A DNA stretch of 45,433 nt, filler included, from Jimgerdemannia flammicorona (Eukaryota), in the NCBI GenBank assembly GCA_003990765.1. It is 2 parts of 2 records of this genome, joined end to end, with 100 filler letters (N's around TTAATTAATTAA, not from the genome) between each part and the next. Parts side by side here need not be neighbours in the genome. Positions count along the whole stretch, not along the records: positions 1 to 22,668 come from RBNJ01001230.1; positions 22,769 to 45,433 come from RBNJ01001231.1. One strand, written 5' to 3'. The notes beneath the pieces are model-generated. The model had not been told where the DNA came from. It did not search any database and was given only the letters and a program-made list of their open reading frames with translations. Below are positions 10,570 to 22,794 of this stretch, piece after piece; the first letter of the stretch is position 1; every line of letters starts with the position of its first letter. The translations under genes and the position numbers were made by a program.

Positions 10570-12815
10570 GCGTATGCATATAGAAAGCCTCAAGAGTTAT
10601 ACAGTTTTGTGAAGAGTTTGCACGGTCCTTGCAACATTGCGCCAACCATTCCACAACCTTGGTTTGGACGTCGCGTACCTTACAAAATGTGATACACAAA
10701 CGTCGCTAAGTCGCGAGATACTATACAACACAATTGAAATAGCCACCCTTCCTATTTTGGAGATGTCCGATGGAATGCCCAACAATCTTGAGGTTGACTT
10801 GCCATCTTTTCCCGACATTCCTTCATCCCCGTATGCCCGCTGCTTTCCGGAGGGCTCAGTCATAAAAAAGCAACGAGAATCTCGGTCAAGGCAGATGCAG
10901 CTCTGTAAGCAAAGGCACGGACGGTGGCCATCAAGAAATCAAAAGAGGGGTACGGAGAGTAAGGATGTAGAAACGATGGTGCAGAACGAATTGAAAATGC
11001 TCCACCATCTCCGCGAATCCCACCCTTCGACTAATACCGCCACCCCTTTTTTTAATATGGATTGTCATAGAATACGCGAAAAAACAGTGACCTCGGAGAA
11101 TTTCTTTGCAAGGGTAATCTAATGGGTCTGTGGCTGGCGAAAGTACAGTTGGGTTGGTTGGCATCTATTGCCCAGAATAGTGCTTGGCGGATTGAACTTT
11201 TAGAAGCTTTCTTGGTAACAAATCTCTTTTTCTTCCTCCCTTGGGAACATTGCCAAAGTCCTCATCATTGTTACGTTACACATGGTTTTCTGACACCAAA
11301 GATACTTTCCGCATAAATGGTTTCTGCCTGAAATAGTCGTGAGCTGTGTTAATTTCGTAATATTCAGGTTCGTGTGTGTTTCCTCATTGGTTTTATATCT
11401 TTATATTATTATAGAGCTCCCGACTTGGACATAGAAAGACGTTTGCCTCCATGCTAGGCGGCACCAGAACACTTGGTCGGAAACATCAAGATGAGTCATA
11501 AACAGTTAATACTCGCGGACATCTATGGATACGGCATGGTTGTATGGCAGGTCATTACGGATGGCGCATTGCCTTAACATGTTGATTTGAAGAACACGCA
11601 GTGTTTGCGGGGGAGGTACATGTAATAAACACAACAAACGACCCGCTTGGCGACTTGGGAGATATTCCTGATGGCGTGCCTCTAACCTTCCGAGATCTCG
11701 TACGTGAATGTCTGGCCTCGGAACCGTCTCACTGTCCATTACTTACTTCGATCCGGAAACGTCTTGAAAATTATCTACGGTATTTCAGACTTGTGTGAAT
11801 TATTGTTTGCAAATGTATAGTGTGTTCCAACTCGCGATCTCTTGTTGCTCGTTCATCCCCTGTTCATCATTAGCCAATGAAAGGGGAACACACGCACTGG
11901 TCGAATCTCTGAAGCAAAATTCCATTATAACCACGCTGCATCTCGAAAGTATGTCAGAACGTGTGAACTGTTGCTTGTGGCTGTTCGCGACCTGTGCGTG
12001 TTTGCCCATTCATTTCCCGTTCATCCTCAGGGAATCAAATCATTTCTGAAACAGCATACGCACTGTACGAGGTTCTGAGACAGAGCATGACCTGGACCGC
12101 ATTGAATCTATTTGGTGTGCTTGAACTGTGTGAACTGTTGCTTACACCTGCTCCAGCTCACAGTATTGATATGCCAATATATATGCAGGTATAATGATCG
12201 GCAGCGAGGGAGCACGAGCATTGGCCGAGTCTCTGAAGCAGAACAGGACCCTGACTACGTTGTATTTTGATCGTATGTTAGAACTGTGTGAATTTTTGCC
12301 TGCTGTTGCGTGATAATTTCAGCTCGCTACCTGCCTATCATCCCTTGTCCAGCTTCAGGCTACAGGATTGGTGTCGAGAGAACGCGCACTGGCCCCCTAA
12401 CAACGTTGGATCTCAATTGTATGTTGGAATATTGCTTGCAGCTGTGCGATGGTTCCAGCTCACGTCCAGCTTATCTATGCCTTGATTGTATGATAGAACT
12501 GTGTGCAATGCTGTTTGCAGCTGCGTGATGGTTCAAGTTCATGAGTTGTGAATGTTTACTGGTCTATCCTCTGTTTACCTTCAGACAACAAGATCGGCGA
12601 CGAGGAAGCACGCGAACTGGCCGGGTCTCTTATGCATATCACGACCCTGGCCCTCTCTGGTATGCTACATCTATGTGAATTTTTGCTTGCATCTGCGCGA
12701 TAGTTCCTATCTATGTTTGTTCGTCTATTCTCTATTCATTTTCAGTAAAGAGCATATGCAATGAGGGAGCAGGTAAGTCTCTGAAGCGGAAGGCGAACTA
12801 AATCTCAATGGTATG
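10570..12815 (+). pseudogene. protein kinase fused to RNI/NLRC3-type leucine-rich repeats (about one LRR per exon)
   Basis: Kinase motifs: VAIKK (10924), VQNELKMLHHL, WIVIEYA, HGFLTP, APE (11461), DIYGYGMVVWQV (11518), LVRECLASEP. Intron-separated repeats follow: ALVESLKQNSIITTLHL, IGSEGARALAESLKQNRTLTTLYF, NKIGDEEARELAGSL. Several stops and frameshifts; the 5' limit is approximate. Confidence 0.82.
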
Positions 12816-12849
12816 TTAGGGCTTTGCTAGCGATGACATAGTCGTTACG

Positions 12850-14130
12850 AATTTTGTCCAAAAAGCATGTTCCAAATGGTCGAGGTGTTCAAAGAGGTCA
12901 TCATTTTCAATCGGACGAACTTCATGATCACCAACCACCGGGACTATAGACATAAATATTGAACAATATCAATCAGCAAATATATGTGTTCAAGATATAA
13001 CATCATGTAAGATAACGTACCGGTAGTTTCGATTTCAATTTACCAATGTGTCATAGTGTCGGCATATTGGATTGGTAACTTAAGTAATTGAAGTTCGAAT
13101 ATAACATGTCGATTTCAGAAGATAGAGTATCAAAATCCTTCGGATCACGGAATCTATATAGCTTCCATTAAGGTTATCGTTGAACTCTTCTTCTGATAAG
13201 TTTATCAATTTCTTCTACTGACTCGGCCTCTCTACAATTAAAAATGTTAAATGAGTCGAAGAATTCCAGAAAACCTATGGAGCGAAAGGGTTTCAAAAAC
13301 ATGCTTTATCACTCATTTAAATAAGGCATGGTTTTTGAAAAATTGCGCCTCATATATTTTAACCGCCAGGAATAATACACGGGAGATTTAGCGAGTAACA
13401 TACGTGATTATTTCATCAACTTTCGCACCAGGAAATCTACATTACATCATACGTGCCACATGCCATGATTCCACTTTTCAAGAAGAGATGCTACTTGTGA
13501 AATGCAAGTCGGCAACCAACCCTAATTCAAGGCCAGGTTTCAACGGGAATGTGGTACGGCAATGTGTATATTCGACCGTGTATCATAGGCGGGGGCTGAT
13601 GCACAGTAGGATTGAGGATATCCTTTCTGAATGGCAAATCAATATTCCAAACAAAAATGATCAGATGTGCTGCTCAGATAGCAAGAGTACATCTCCGGAG
13701 TGTTTTCTGTGCCAATTTTCAATCACTCGACGGTTCAATAATGTTACCAGATCGTTGATCAACTTTGAGTTCCGAGTCGCGAACCCTTGTTTAAGTCCAT
13801 CTTCTTAGAGCTTGTCTTCTGTTAGGTCGAAAAGTTTATGCCGGCAGCTTCTTGATCAGGGATGACTTGAATGTGTGTGTGTACTGTTATTACGGAATTC
13901 GATATCAATCTTTTTGTTCCGAGATTTTTGGGGATGACAACGCCAAAGTTGACAAATGCCCCATCTTTTTGTGCATTTGTCAGTGCTTCCATCTCCGAAC
14001 CCCTAAAATATTGCGGAGGGCATTTATTAAAAGTGAAAGTTGAAATATCGAAACGTCGGACAAGAGTATGCTTTTCTTCGTGGTGGAGCAGATGATGTTT
14101 TGGGCCACCCAAAAAATTCCTTGACACCTA
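12850..14130 (-). pseudogene. degraded intron-containing gene of unknown family
   Basis: Protein-like minus-strand pieces (ALTNAQKDGAFVNFGVVIPKNLG; SKLINDLVTLLNRRVIENW; YRFRDPKDFDTL; VVGDHEVRPIENDDLFEHL) with plausible GT..AG introns and stops. Confidence 0.3.
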
Positions 14131-14455
14131 TGCGAACAGCAAGTATATTGTTGGACAATCTGCTCCAAAAAAAAAAAAAAGCTAGATCAGTACAAAGAGT
14201 TAATTTTGTATCTATGCTGGTTTAGACTATTAAGGGCCTAAACCCGAAGTAAATGTGAGAGCACTGACTGCGAAGTCGTTACGAGATGCGTGAGAGCCAT
14301 CACTGAACTATCATGTTGCAAGATCATGGTCGGCTTGTGAGTTATAACCGTTATTTATTCTCTTAAGTAGGTATTATGAGAAGTATCTTGAAAAATTGGG
14401 AAATCGGTGCATGTGCGTGAAGGGTGACGTCATCACCAAGCCACGATTTATATAT

Positions 14456-14487
14456 GGGGCGTACTGCAACAAAACCAGACAAAGTGA
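14456..14487 (+). repeat. solo terminal inverted repeat of the Fanzor element family
   Basis: GGGGCGTACTGCAACAAAACCAGACAAAGTGA is 31/32 identical to 7051-7082 and is again preceded by ATAT. Confidence 0.9.
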
Positions 14488-14759
14488 ACTTATGTCATCC
14501 ATTATTATTTCTTACGGCTTTTTTTCAGCATTAAAAATACCGTCAATGCTGTTATTGTCATAGTTGCTAACACAGTAGGAATCAATCACATCAGTGATAT
14601 GCAATACTGGCTTGTTCTTCGGTAGAATACCGAGTAGATCGGTACATCACTTCTATTAGGATCGCACTATGCCACTTTATATGTCTATGTATTATGTTGA
14701 TAACAAACGTATCTATCCTATGCTAATAGTGTTGTTATCATACTGACCCTCCGCAGTCT

Positions 14760-15300
14760 CCCTATCCAAAATTTCTAGTCTGGCCAGCTCTGTCGAAGGT
14801 CTTTCATCTGTCCCAATTGAAGAACATTACGGTTAAGGGCCTTAGAATCGCAAGGCCGTCCAGTGATTTCACACGCGATAGCATGACATACCCATCGACT
14901 TGCCATATGGTGGGTTCAACAATTGCCTTGGACATGGTTGAGCCTTGACATTTGTAATCTGTTAATGTATAGCAGGAGTTTGCAATCGCTTGACACGTAT
15001 TTTCTCCGTTTGTCCAGTCACAGTTTGTATTCAATATTGATATCACTCCATCTTGGTGTAATAGGGACCACACCAGACGATAATGATGTGATTTGTTTAT
15101 GTCATGGATTTTCAAGCTCATACGTCCCAGTTCATACACGATTTGCTTCAGTCTTCCTTTTGTTCCATTAACAACTCCATTATCATTACAAGCATTTCTA
15201 ATACAAGAGGAAGAAACCTGGAACTCCATCTGTTTGTCGATCGGACATTGAAAGTAGTCTCTTACGAAACGATGGTTCTGTAATAAAAACCTGCTTGTCT
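14760..15300 (-). mobile_element. PIF1-like helicase C-terminal fragment (probable Helitron relic)
   Basis: NGTKGRLKQIV...YTLTDYKCQGSTMSKAIV...YVMLSRVKSLDGLAILRP corresponds to PIF1/RecD motifs V-VI. Confidence 0.8.
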
Positions 15301-15653
15301 TCTATCAATGGCGCATGAGATTAAAACACGCTGTTTTTCTCTTGCAATTTAGAGATAAAGCGACGTTTTAACAACGGAGGCTTAGTCAAAATGGTTCGAT
15401 CACTCGAGTCACGTGTCAACGCATATGTAAATATGGCTTGTGATCTGTCGACGAGACTTTTTCCTTCAGATATGTCATTAATAAAAGGTTTGTAAAATCA
15501 TTCATTACTCTTGCGATTTACTGATAACTCTGCAACGAACAAAAGACGCGTCTGCGGCAGAGTAGAGATCTGTCGGAAGCCAGTTACTGGCAAGTCATCG
15601 TCTAGGAGATGGCCGGCCTTGAATGAAAGACATCCCGATTTAACGATTACTGA

Positions 15654-18551
15654 ATGGTTTTGTTCAAACACAATACTCACTACCTTTTTTAATTGCAACG
15701 AAGCCACAAAGATTCCCCGCACAAAAATCCTACAGCAAATCCATACCGACTGGATCTTGTCATATCATAGCCCTACTCCACTGGAATTCTTTCGGCGGAT
15801 TCAGCCAACGCATCGAGGCCGTGCATTCGAAAAATATCAAAAAACTCTTCGTCAGGCCATCAATGTCTGTAAGAATTCAGAGCAATTGAAGAGATTGAAA
15901 GAATTGGATGGAACCTCAGATGTACGTAATTGAGTATGGGTTACTTCAGATACATCGGAAAGTAGTATGTCTAGCATTGTTGTCTTTATTAAATAGTGTG
16001 ATGCAGACTGGGAGCTCTGGTTAACAGAGAAGAGAGCGGTATGTTTGGTCACATAACATAAATTTATCGAGCAGGTTGATGGCTATTAATCACGATTTTC
16101 ATATCTGACAGAAAACTATCCGGAAAGAGATACATTCAACGAACAAAGAAGTGCTTAGGGAACTAAACATGATTGTCAGCAGCCGATATAGTTCAAAGGT
16201 ATTAGTGATCCTTTGACCGTTAATTGCAAATGAGTACAGAAAATGTAATTTCTGAATTTCTGCAGGGTGATAAGAAAAAGAAAGACGGGGATGCCACCAC
16301 TATAGTTAATGATGCGGTGGAAGACATTGAAAATATCGACGACGCAGATGACACCAAGGTCAGAGTCTTTTTTTCGTAATGAAGCACGGGCATGGCCATA
16401 AACTGTTTGTTTCTGATGTCACATTTATCATAGGATTATGGCAGTGATCAGCAAGATGAGGATGCGTCTGTTTCTTGTGTTTTGAAGGAAATAAATCAGA
16501 GAGATCAGCCGGACAAGCGAAAAACTACTCTAGTTGAGAAAGACGATGAGAGTGAAGACAAGGATCAAGAACCAACAAAAAGAGTTAGGCTTGAATCTGT
16601 CCCCAGCTCAGTTTGGGAATTCGAGTATGAAATGCCGATCTGGTTGCCAAAAGTGATGAAGAAGCATGAAACGACGATTTTGACTACAAATGCAAGTCAC
16701 GAATTGGCGTTAAAGTAAGTATTTGTGTATATAACTTAACACACTTTTTATTTAGTTTTTGGTTTGAATTCTTTCAAGTTATTTCCTTTATAGACCAATT
16801 TATAGACATTTCGGAGTACAACGACACGTTGTCGAATGCCGATTTATCAAGCCTAAAGTTGATGTTCACCACTGTGCTGAATGAGATCTCTTGGACGAGC
16901 CTGGAACCGGCCGCGGAAAGATGTTTACAGGCACTCGGCAAGGTAAATAAATAGCATATTATAATTGCATTGTCTCCGGTTAATTTATTTCATTTTCACC
17001 TATAATCTGAAAACTTGGTTTCTAGATTAATAACAAGCAACTGCAATCGATCGGGGAAATGGCGAAAGAAGAAGGAACTCATGGGGCTGTTGTGGAGATA
17101 ATAAGAATGCTAGCCGATTTCAAAGAATCTCATCGAAGCCCAGGTTTGTTCAGCGACGATGAAGATACCGCACCGCAACTGAACTTTCTTGAAGAAGATT
17201 TCCGGCATGAAGATGTTGGATATATCATCGAGTTGTTACGATATGCGTAAGTCTCTGGCAATCAAATATTACATGCACTTAATTACTAGTACTTACTACT
17301 GCTTCTCATTATCAGGTGTGAGATGATTCAAAAAGGAATACCTCAAAGAAACAACTCAGAGCGCGACATCGACATTTTTGTAAAAAGACACGTGTTTGCT
17401 TGCATGGATAGTATAGTAGATAACCACTTGTAAGTTTCTTATTATTATTATGTTTTCTACTGCTCGTGATTAATTACTTACAATTGATCAAATTAGTGGT
17501 GAGGTTGTATCTCGGGCATCCCGTGAACGCCGAACCAGTGCACAGGACAGCTGCGAAAATTCCGAGGGATATCATATTGACTGGCTCTTTACGGTATGGT
17601 TTCCATGGGATTTTTTTGCTGTCGGTATCCGAATAATTCACTTACAGAATCCTCATTTACAGCGTCACGATCTTGGAAGAGAGCTGCCATGGGGACGAGA
17701 GTTCTCTTTATGCGAACGGGCAGGCTCGAGAATTTCAAATGACAAAAAGGTGTTTTTGGATACCCTCAGAGTGCAGAAAACTCTACGGGATATGCACCAA
17801 TCTTTGATGGAAACGATCACAGCAGCTGGTGGCAGGGCATTTCGAAAAAAAAAAGTCCTATATGCGAGCCCGAAACTCCTCATGCCGGGCTTTATGTCTT
17901 CTTCATTTTCTATCCACGACTTACTTGTCTATATAGGTGCTGGAATTTACACGTCGGTGAAGTTGGCCAATTTTGACATTCCTGAGTCATATGGCGAAAT
18001 CGGCGGGGTGGTCAAAGTGGCTCGTATAATGCTTCAAACCAAGGTCAGTGGAGTCCCTCTTGCTCATTTATTTAATTGGATTACATTATTAATGTTTTTA
18101 TGAGTCAATGCAGAAAATACTGCGCTCTACGATATCTCGATATAAACAGATGAAGGAAAGAGCTGCAAAGGAGATGTTCGATACCGAAACCACGATGCCG
18201 ACTGGGCGGGTGCAGGAACACTTAACGCCCAAGAAGAGACGCGTAAGAATTCTCCTATCCATGCTCTTTTTGCAATAGTTAGAATGTGCCCATTTGGATT
18301 TCGGTCGCTACTTTCCACAGATTGCCAAAACCAAGACTGTTATACAAGAACCTGAGAATGATGATGAGTTGGAGCCAGGCCTACAGTTCCATATCGATGT
18401 TGGCGAGAGATGGGCTGGTGATGATATGGGCGATGAGCGGGAAATGCCAAAGAGCAATTTTAGAAATGGAAAGGCTTTTGGTGTGGGGAAATCATACTAT
18501 AGAGATACAGTTTCGATAATTATGTATGCACACAGGACTATCCTTGTATAA
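15654..18551 (+). pseudogene. multi-exon Crinkler-type PD-(D/E)xK nuclease-like gene with one apparent frameshift
   Basis: About 13 exons with canonical GT-AG junctions. The C-terminal part reads NSERDID...FGEVVSRASRERR...GYHIDWLF...EFSLCERAG...KKVFLDTLRVQKTLRDM. Frame is lost near 16800 (KPI/IDIS). The start ATG and last exon are uncertain. Confidence 0.65.
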
Positions 18552-18589
18552 AATTTTATTATATGAAGCTAATTTATATTAAGTCCACA

Positions 18590-19515
18590 ATGGAACCAAA
18601 AAATTACAGTATCATTAGAAGCATTCTGAAAAGAGAATGGGGTGAGAAAATTACCCTTTATATATTCAAATTAACTGACACAAAAATGATCTGAGAATAT
18701 TTAGATTAAGAGAGAATTACTTATGAAATTTATCAGAAAGAACTGAAAGAAAAACTTAAGCCAGAATTATCAGAAACTTTAGAAGAATCAAGGAAAAAAG
18801 GAAAATATAAAGAGTAAAGATATATATATAGTAGTAGTTCTATATATTCTTTAGTATACAATATAGAAGAAATTTAACAAATTCTGACAAACTGTATATA
18901 AAAAATATATATATATATGTATATATATATAGCAAATGACAAAAATCTAACTAAGTATGAGAAGATATTCTATTTTTTAGAACTTGGCTGTGGTTGCAGT
19001 TGCTTGACTAAGATACCTAAAGATGAATTTGCCAAATTGCAGAAAGTCTTTTAAGCCCTTTCCAAGCCTGAACAAGATATCTTTTTAATGGCCCAACTCA
19101 AATCTATAGATGGAGGAGTGATCAATACTAGTTAATATCTTAAGAAAAAGATATATATCAATAAGAGAACTATCTACTACTGAAATCATAATTCTCTTAT
19201 TTGCTAAAAAAAACTTACCTTAATATACTTATTATTGGCTATAATTATTTTAAAAATATCAGAAATCATTGACTCAAAAATGTTCTTTTATTATAAGTTT
19301 ACAATAATATAAAAAAGATATTATAGTGAAAAATCAAAATAGTTATTAATAAAGATATAGCTATATCAGTGAAGAATTTTTTGCTAAATTATATCAAAGT
19401 TTATAGCTTATCTAGCCCAGTAAGAGATATTAACTATATCACTTAATTAATTATTTTTTTACTTATATAAGTCTGTTTACTATAATTTTTTTAGCTAATC
19501 TAGAAGAAGATAATC
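18590..19515 (+). mobile_element. heavily mutated DNA transposase N-terminus, Sola2-like
   Basis: Decayed motifs GCGCSC...ALSKPEQDIFLMAQL...IC.K.TYL...KNFLLNYIKVYSLSSP resemble the 'FLxNYxxxHGLPSPGR' family. Very AT-rich; cut off by the LINE. Confidence 0.5.
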
Positions 19516-19516
19516 A

Positions 19517-22032
19517 TCACCTTTCTCCTGTACAATTCGCGTTACACAAAAACTTCAAGCAACAGTTTTTGATACAACTAGGAGAAAAGATACTATCAAG
19601 ATGTCATTGAGCAAGAGTTCTGACGGGTGTACTGAGTTGGGGGGAGCTGGGGTTTTTGGCTAGCAGAAGGTGGGGAGGGGGTATGGTCTGGGGATGGGGG
19701 CCTTTGGAGGGTCGAAGGTGGGAGAAAGCTCTGGAGGTGGACCAGTATCTGGTGGATCTAGAGGAAGGTCTGGTCCCTCCAGCTTTGCCAACAAGGTGAA
19801 GGTGGGTGGATGGCCTACTGGAACAAGGGTTGGCACTGCTGAGGGGAAGGGCAAGGCTAGTGTCAGGAGGGGGAGTGGCCCTCAGAGGGGAGTGGTGAGC
19901 ATAGGGGCTGGTGGTACTATGGCTGGGGGTGTGACTGTTGATGGGAGTGTGATGGGGGATCAGGAAAAAAAAAGAGATGAGACGGCTGATGGCAGGGTGG
20001 GGCAGGAGTTCCCAATGCAGAAGGGGGACCTGGCCGATGGTGTAATAGAGCTGGTGGTGGCACCATTACTCAAGAAGTCGATCTCGGAGTTTGTAGTAAC
20101 TCTGTACTTCTGAGGCTTAGGGGTGATGGCAAGGATAGTCTTGGGGCTTATCTTGAAGCAGGTGGCTGAGGCAGCTTTGGTGAAATTCCTGAAGGGTCTG
20201 GAGGGAGTTGAGGTGGGCTTTAAGGAGGTGGGCCCACTGGAAGAGGTGCTGAGGGTGGGAGTGGCAGTTGGAGAGGTGGTGGTCCTCATGGTACGCTGTT
20301 TGAGGTGGGACCCCAGGGTGGTGCAGCTGCTGGTGAAGGGGGTGCCCACAGTGATGAAGGAGGAGACAAGGAGGAGAGTAGAGGAGGTGATGGCAGAGTA
20401 TGGAAATGTAGTGGATATTGGCTTCCAGGTGTGGGAGGGGATGATGATTAGGACTAGCGATGTTGATGTCAGGATTCGGCTGGCAGGGAGGGAGGCCACA
20501 GGGAAGGCAGGTGACTGGCCCTCAGTATTGATGTGGGGGGCCTTTATTTGTAAGGTGTCGAGGGTGAAGGGGAGTGAGGAGGAGGAGGAGGATTTGTTGG
20601 AGGTATTGGAGGAGATGAGTGGTGTGGTGGAATGGTGGGCAAAGGCCTGGAAGCTCTATGAGGAGTCAATGCACTTGGAGATTATAGAGGGAAAGTATAT
20701 CTGCACTGACAAGAGGCAGTGGGAGTGGGCCCAGGGGTGCTTGAGGCAGAGGGAGCTCTTGGCGAGTATGATAGGAGGGGAGAAGAAGAAGGTTGATGGG
20801 ACTGAAGGGTCTGGAGGTGTCAAAGTCAGTATATGGGCTAGCGAAGGCAGAAAGGAGGCAGTGGTGACAGAAGAATGGGCTGCGAAGGTGCTGAGCAGGG
20901 ATCCCTATGCAGATGGTACTTTCGAGGTCTGGGAGGAGGAGTCAGATAGTACCCCCCCCCCCACTTATCAGGAGGGGCCCGGTGGGGTAAAGAGGGGCAG
21001 CGGAAGATGTACCAATGCAGGGGGCCCAGTAGGTTACCTTTGGGGTCCCAGATGTGGTGAAAGGGGGCCAGGTGGTGGCTGTTGGTAAAGACGAGCTGGT
21101 GGATGTCCCAGAAGAGGAGTGGAATGAGGATGCCAGTGTAGGTGTGGATACTACAATGCTGGATGCAGAGTGGCCAGAGACCCCTGGAGGGAAGGAGATT
21201 GGGAATCTGCTGTGGATGAGCAAGGTGATAGATAATCTTACAGCTGAGATATTGGGGGAAGTGGATCTGAGGGTCATGCTGGAGGAGCACTGGGCACAGA
21301 TTCTGCGAGGTGAGGGAGTGGTGGAGGTGCTGAAGATGGAGATTCTTATGATACTACTGGAGGAAGAGGGTTATGAGGTGGATGAGGTGAGGAAGGTAGA
21401 GCTGGTGGTTGTTGTGGGTGAGCAGGCAGCCTATTATTGGGCAGAATGCCATGGTTTGTAGTTCTGGTAGGAGGCCTGTGGGAAGTATCGGGAGGACTTT
21501 GAGGAGAAAGAGGATGGGGCAATGGTTGAACTTCTGGAGGGATTGGAGGCACAGGGAGCTGAGAAGAAGGAACTGGCTGCAGAATATGTCTTGGATTTGG
21601 CACAGGAGGACTTAAGTGTGGATTTGTAGAGAAGAGATTTAATCTTTAACAATATTCCTCATGAACAGTACAACTAACATTTTCTCTCTCAATGTGAATG
21701 GTCTTCGAGGATCTGGGTGGCATAAGAACATTTTTACATGGCTAAAGGGATTGGAGGCTGATCTCTTTTTACTGCAGGATGTACAGTGTGAGGATGAGGA
21801 TGATCAGGTCGAATGGACTAGGAAATGGGGTGGGGCTACCGCTTGGTTTGGAAAGGTGGTAATTCTGATAAAGAAGGGTAGAGGAGATTTGGAGGAGATC
21901 AAGAACTGGGGAGATCAATTGGTCTGGTGTGAGTGGCACCAGTCAGGGTGGAAATCAGTGAGGGTGGGCTCGTATTACTGCCCGGCAGCTAGGGGAGAGA
22001 GGATTGCGTGGATTAAGGAGCTACTACTGGAC
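19517..22032 (+). mobile_element. L1/Tx1-like LINE 5' half: ORF1 (19601-21630, disrupted) and start of the ORF2 APE endonuclease (21661-)
   Basis: MNSTTNIFSLNVNGLR...ADLFLLQD is the AP-endonuclease N-terminus. Colinear with the minus-strand copy at about 37260-39650; ends abruptly near 22032. Confidence 0.9.
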
Positions 22033-22668
22033 GGTCTCCACCTATGGCAAGCGCTCTATTGCTTCCCAGGATTGACATGTACTGAAAAGATAAGACAGTA
22101 GTATGTAAAAGCAAGATCAGTGAAACTGTGGACGTAATCGGCAAGGTTTTCTAGGACACTGGCGTCAAAATAGCGCATGTAGTTCAGTGAGTAGTGTTTT
22201 TTTATGATACCCACATCACCGACAAGACATTTATTTGACGCAGAATGTTCAGGAAATGGATCATTGTGATTGTGCGGCGACTCTACACCGAATACCACTT
22301 TTTCAACGACGTGCTTGACGCGCTATCCTTTCTTTACAACTCTCATATGATCTTTCACTACCTCTAGGAGTTTGATATTCACCAAGGCTTCTAAAGCTTA
22401 CTCTTCCAACTCCGCGCATATCTTCATCTGCATCTCCACCAGAGCCCGGTCTCAGAGAGAATCTATCGACCGTGGTTACTAGCAATTTTAGTTTTGGAGA
22501 ACTACTCAGGGTGCGGACAGACGAGAGGAACAGAGACGTCAAATCCCTGGAGGGGGTGGGGCCCTTAGGGTGGTCGCTGTCGGCATCTGGTGGAAGGGAT
22601 TTTGTAAGAAGAGTGGTGGGCAGGTTGCAGTGGTTAACGGTATGGTTGTCTTTGAGAGGGTGGGGGTG

Positions 22669-22768
22669 NNNNNNNNNNNNNNNNNNNNNNNNNNNNNNNN
22701 NNNNNNNNNNNNTTAATTAATTAANNNNNNNNNNNNNNNNNNNNNNNNNNNNNNNNNNNNNNNNNNNN
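22669..22768. other. artificial contig-joining spacer (N44-TTAATTAATTAA-N44)
   Basis: Exactly 100 bp with a six-frame stop linker in the centre. Confidence 0.97.
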
Positions 22769-22794
22769 TCGGTGGGCAGGTTGGTGGGCAGGTT

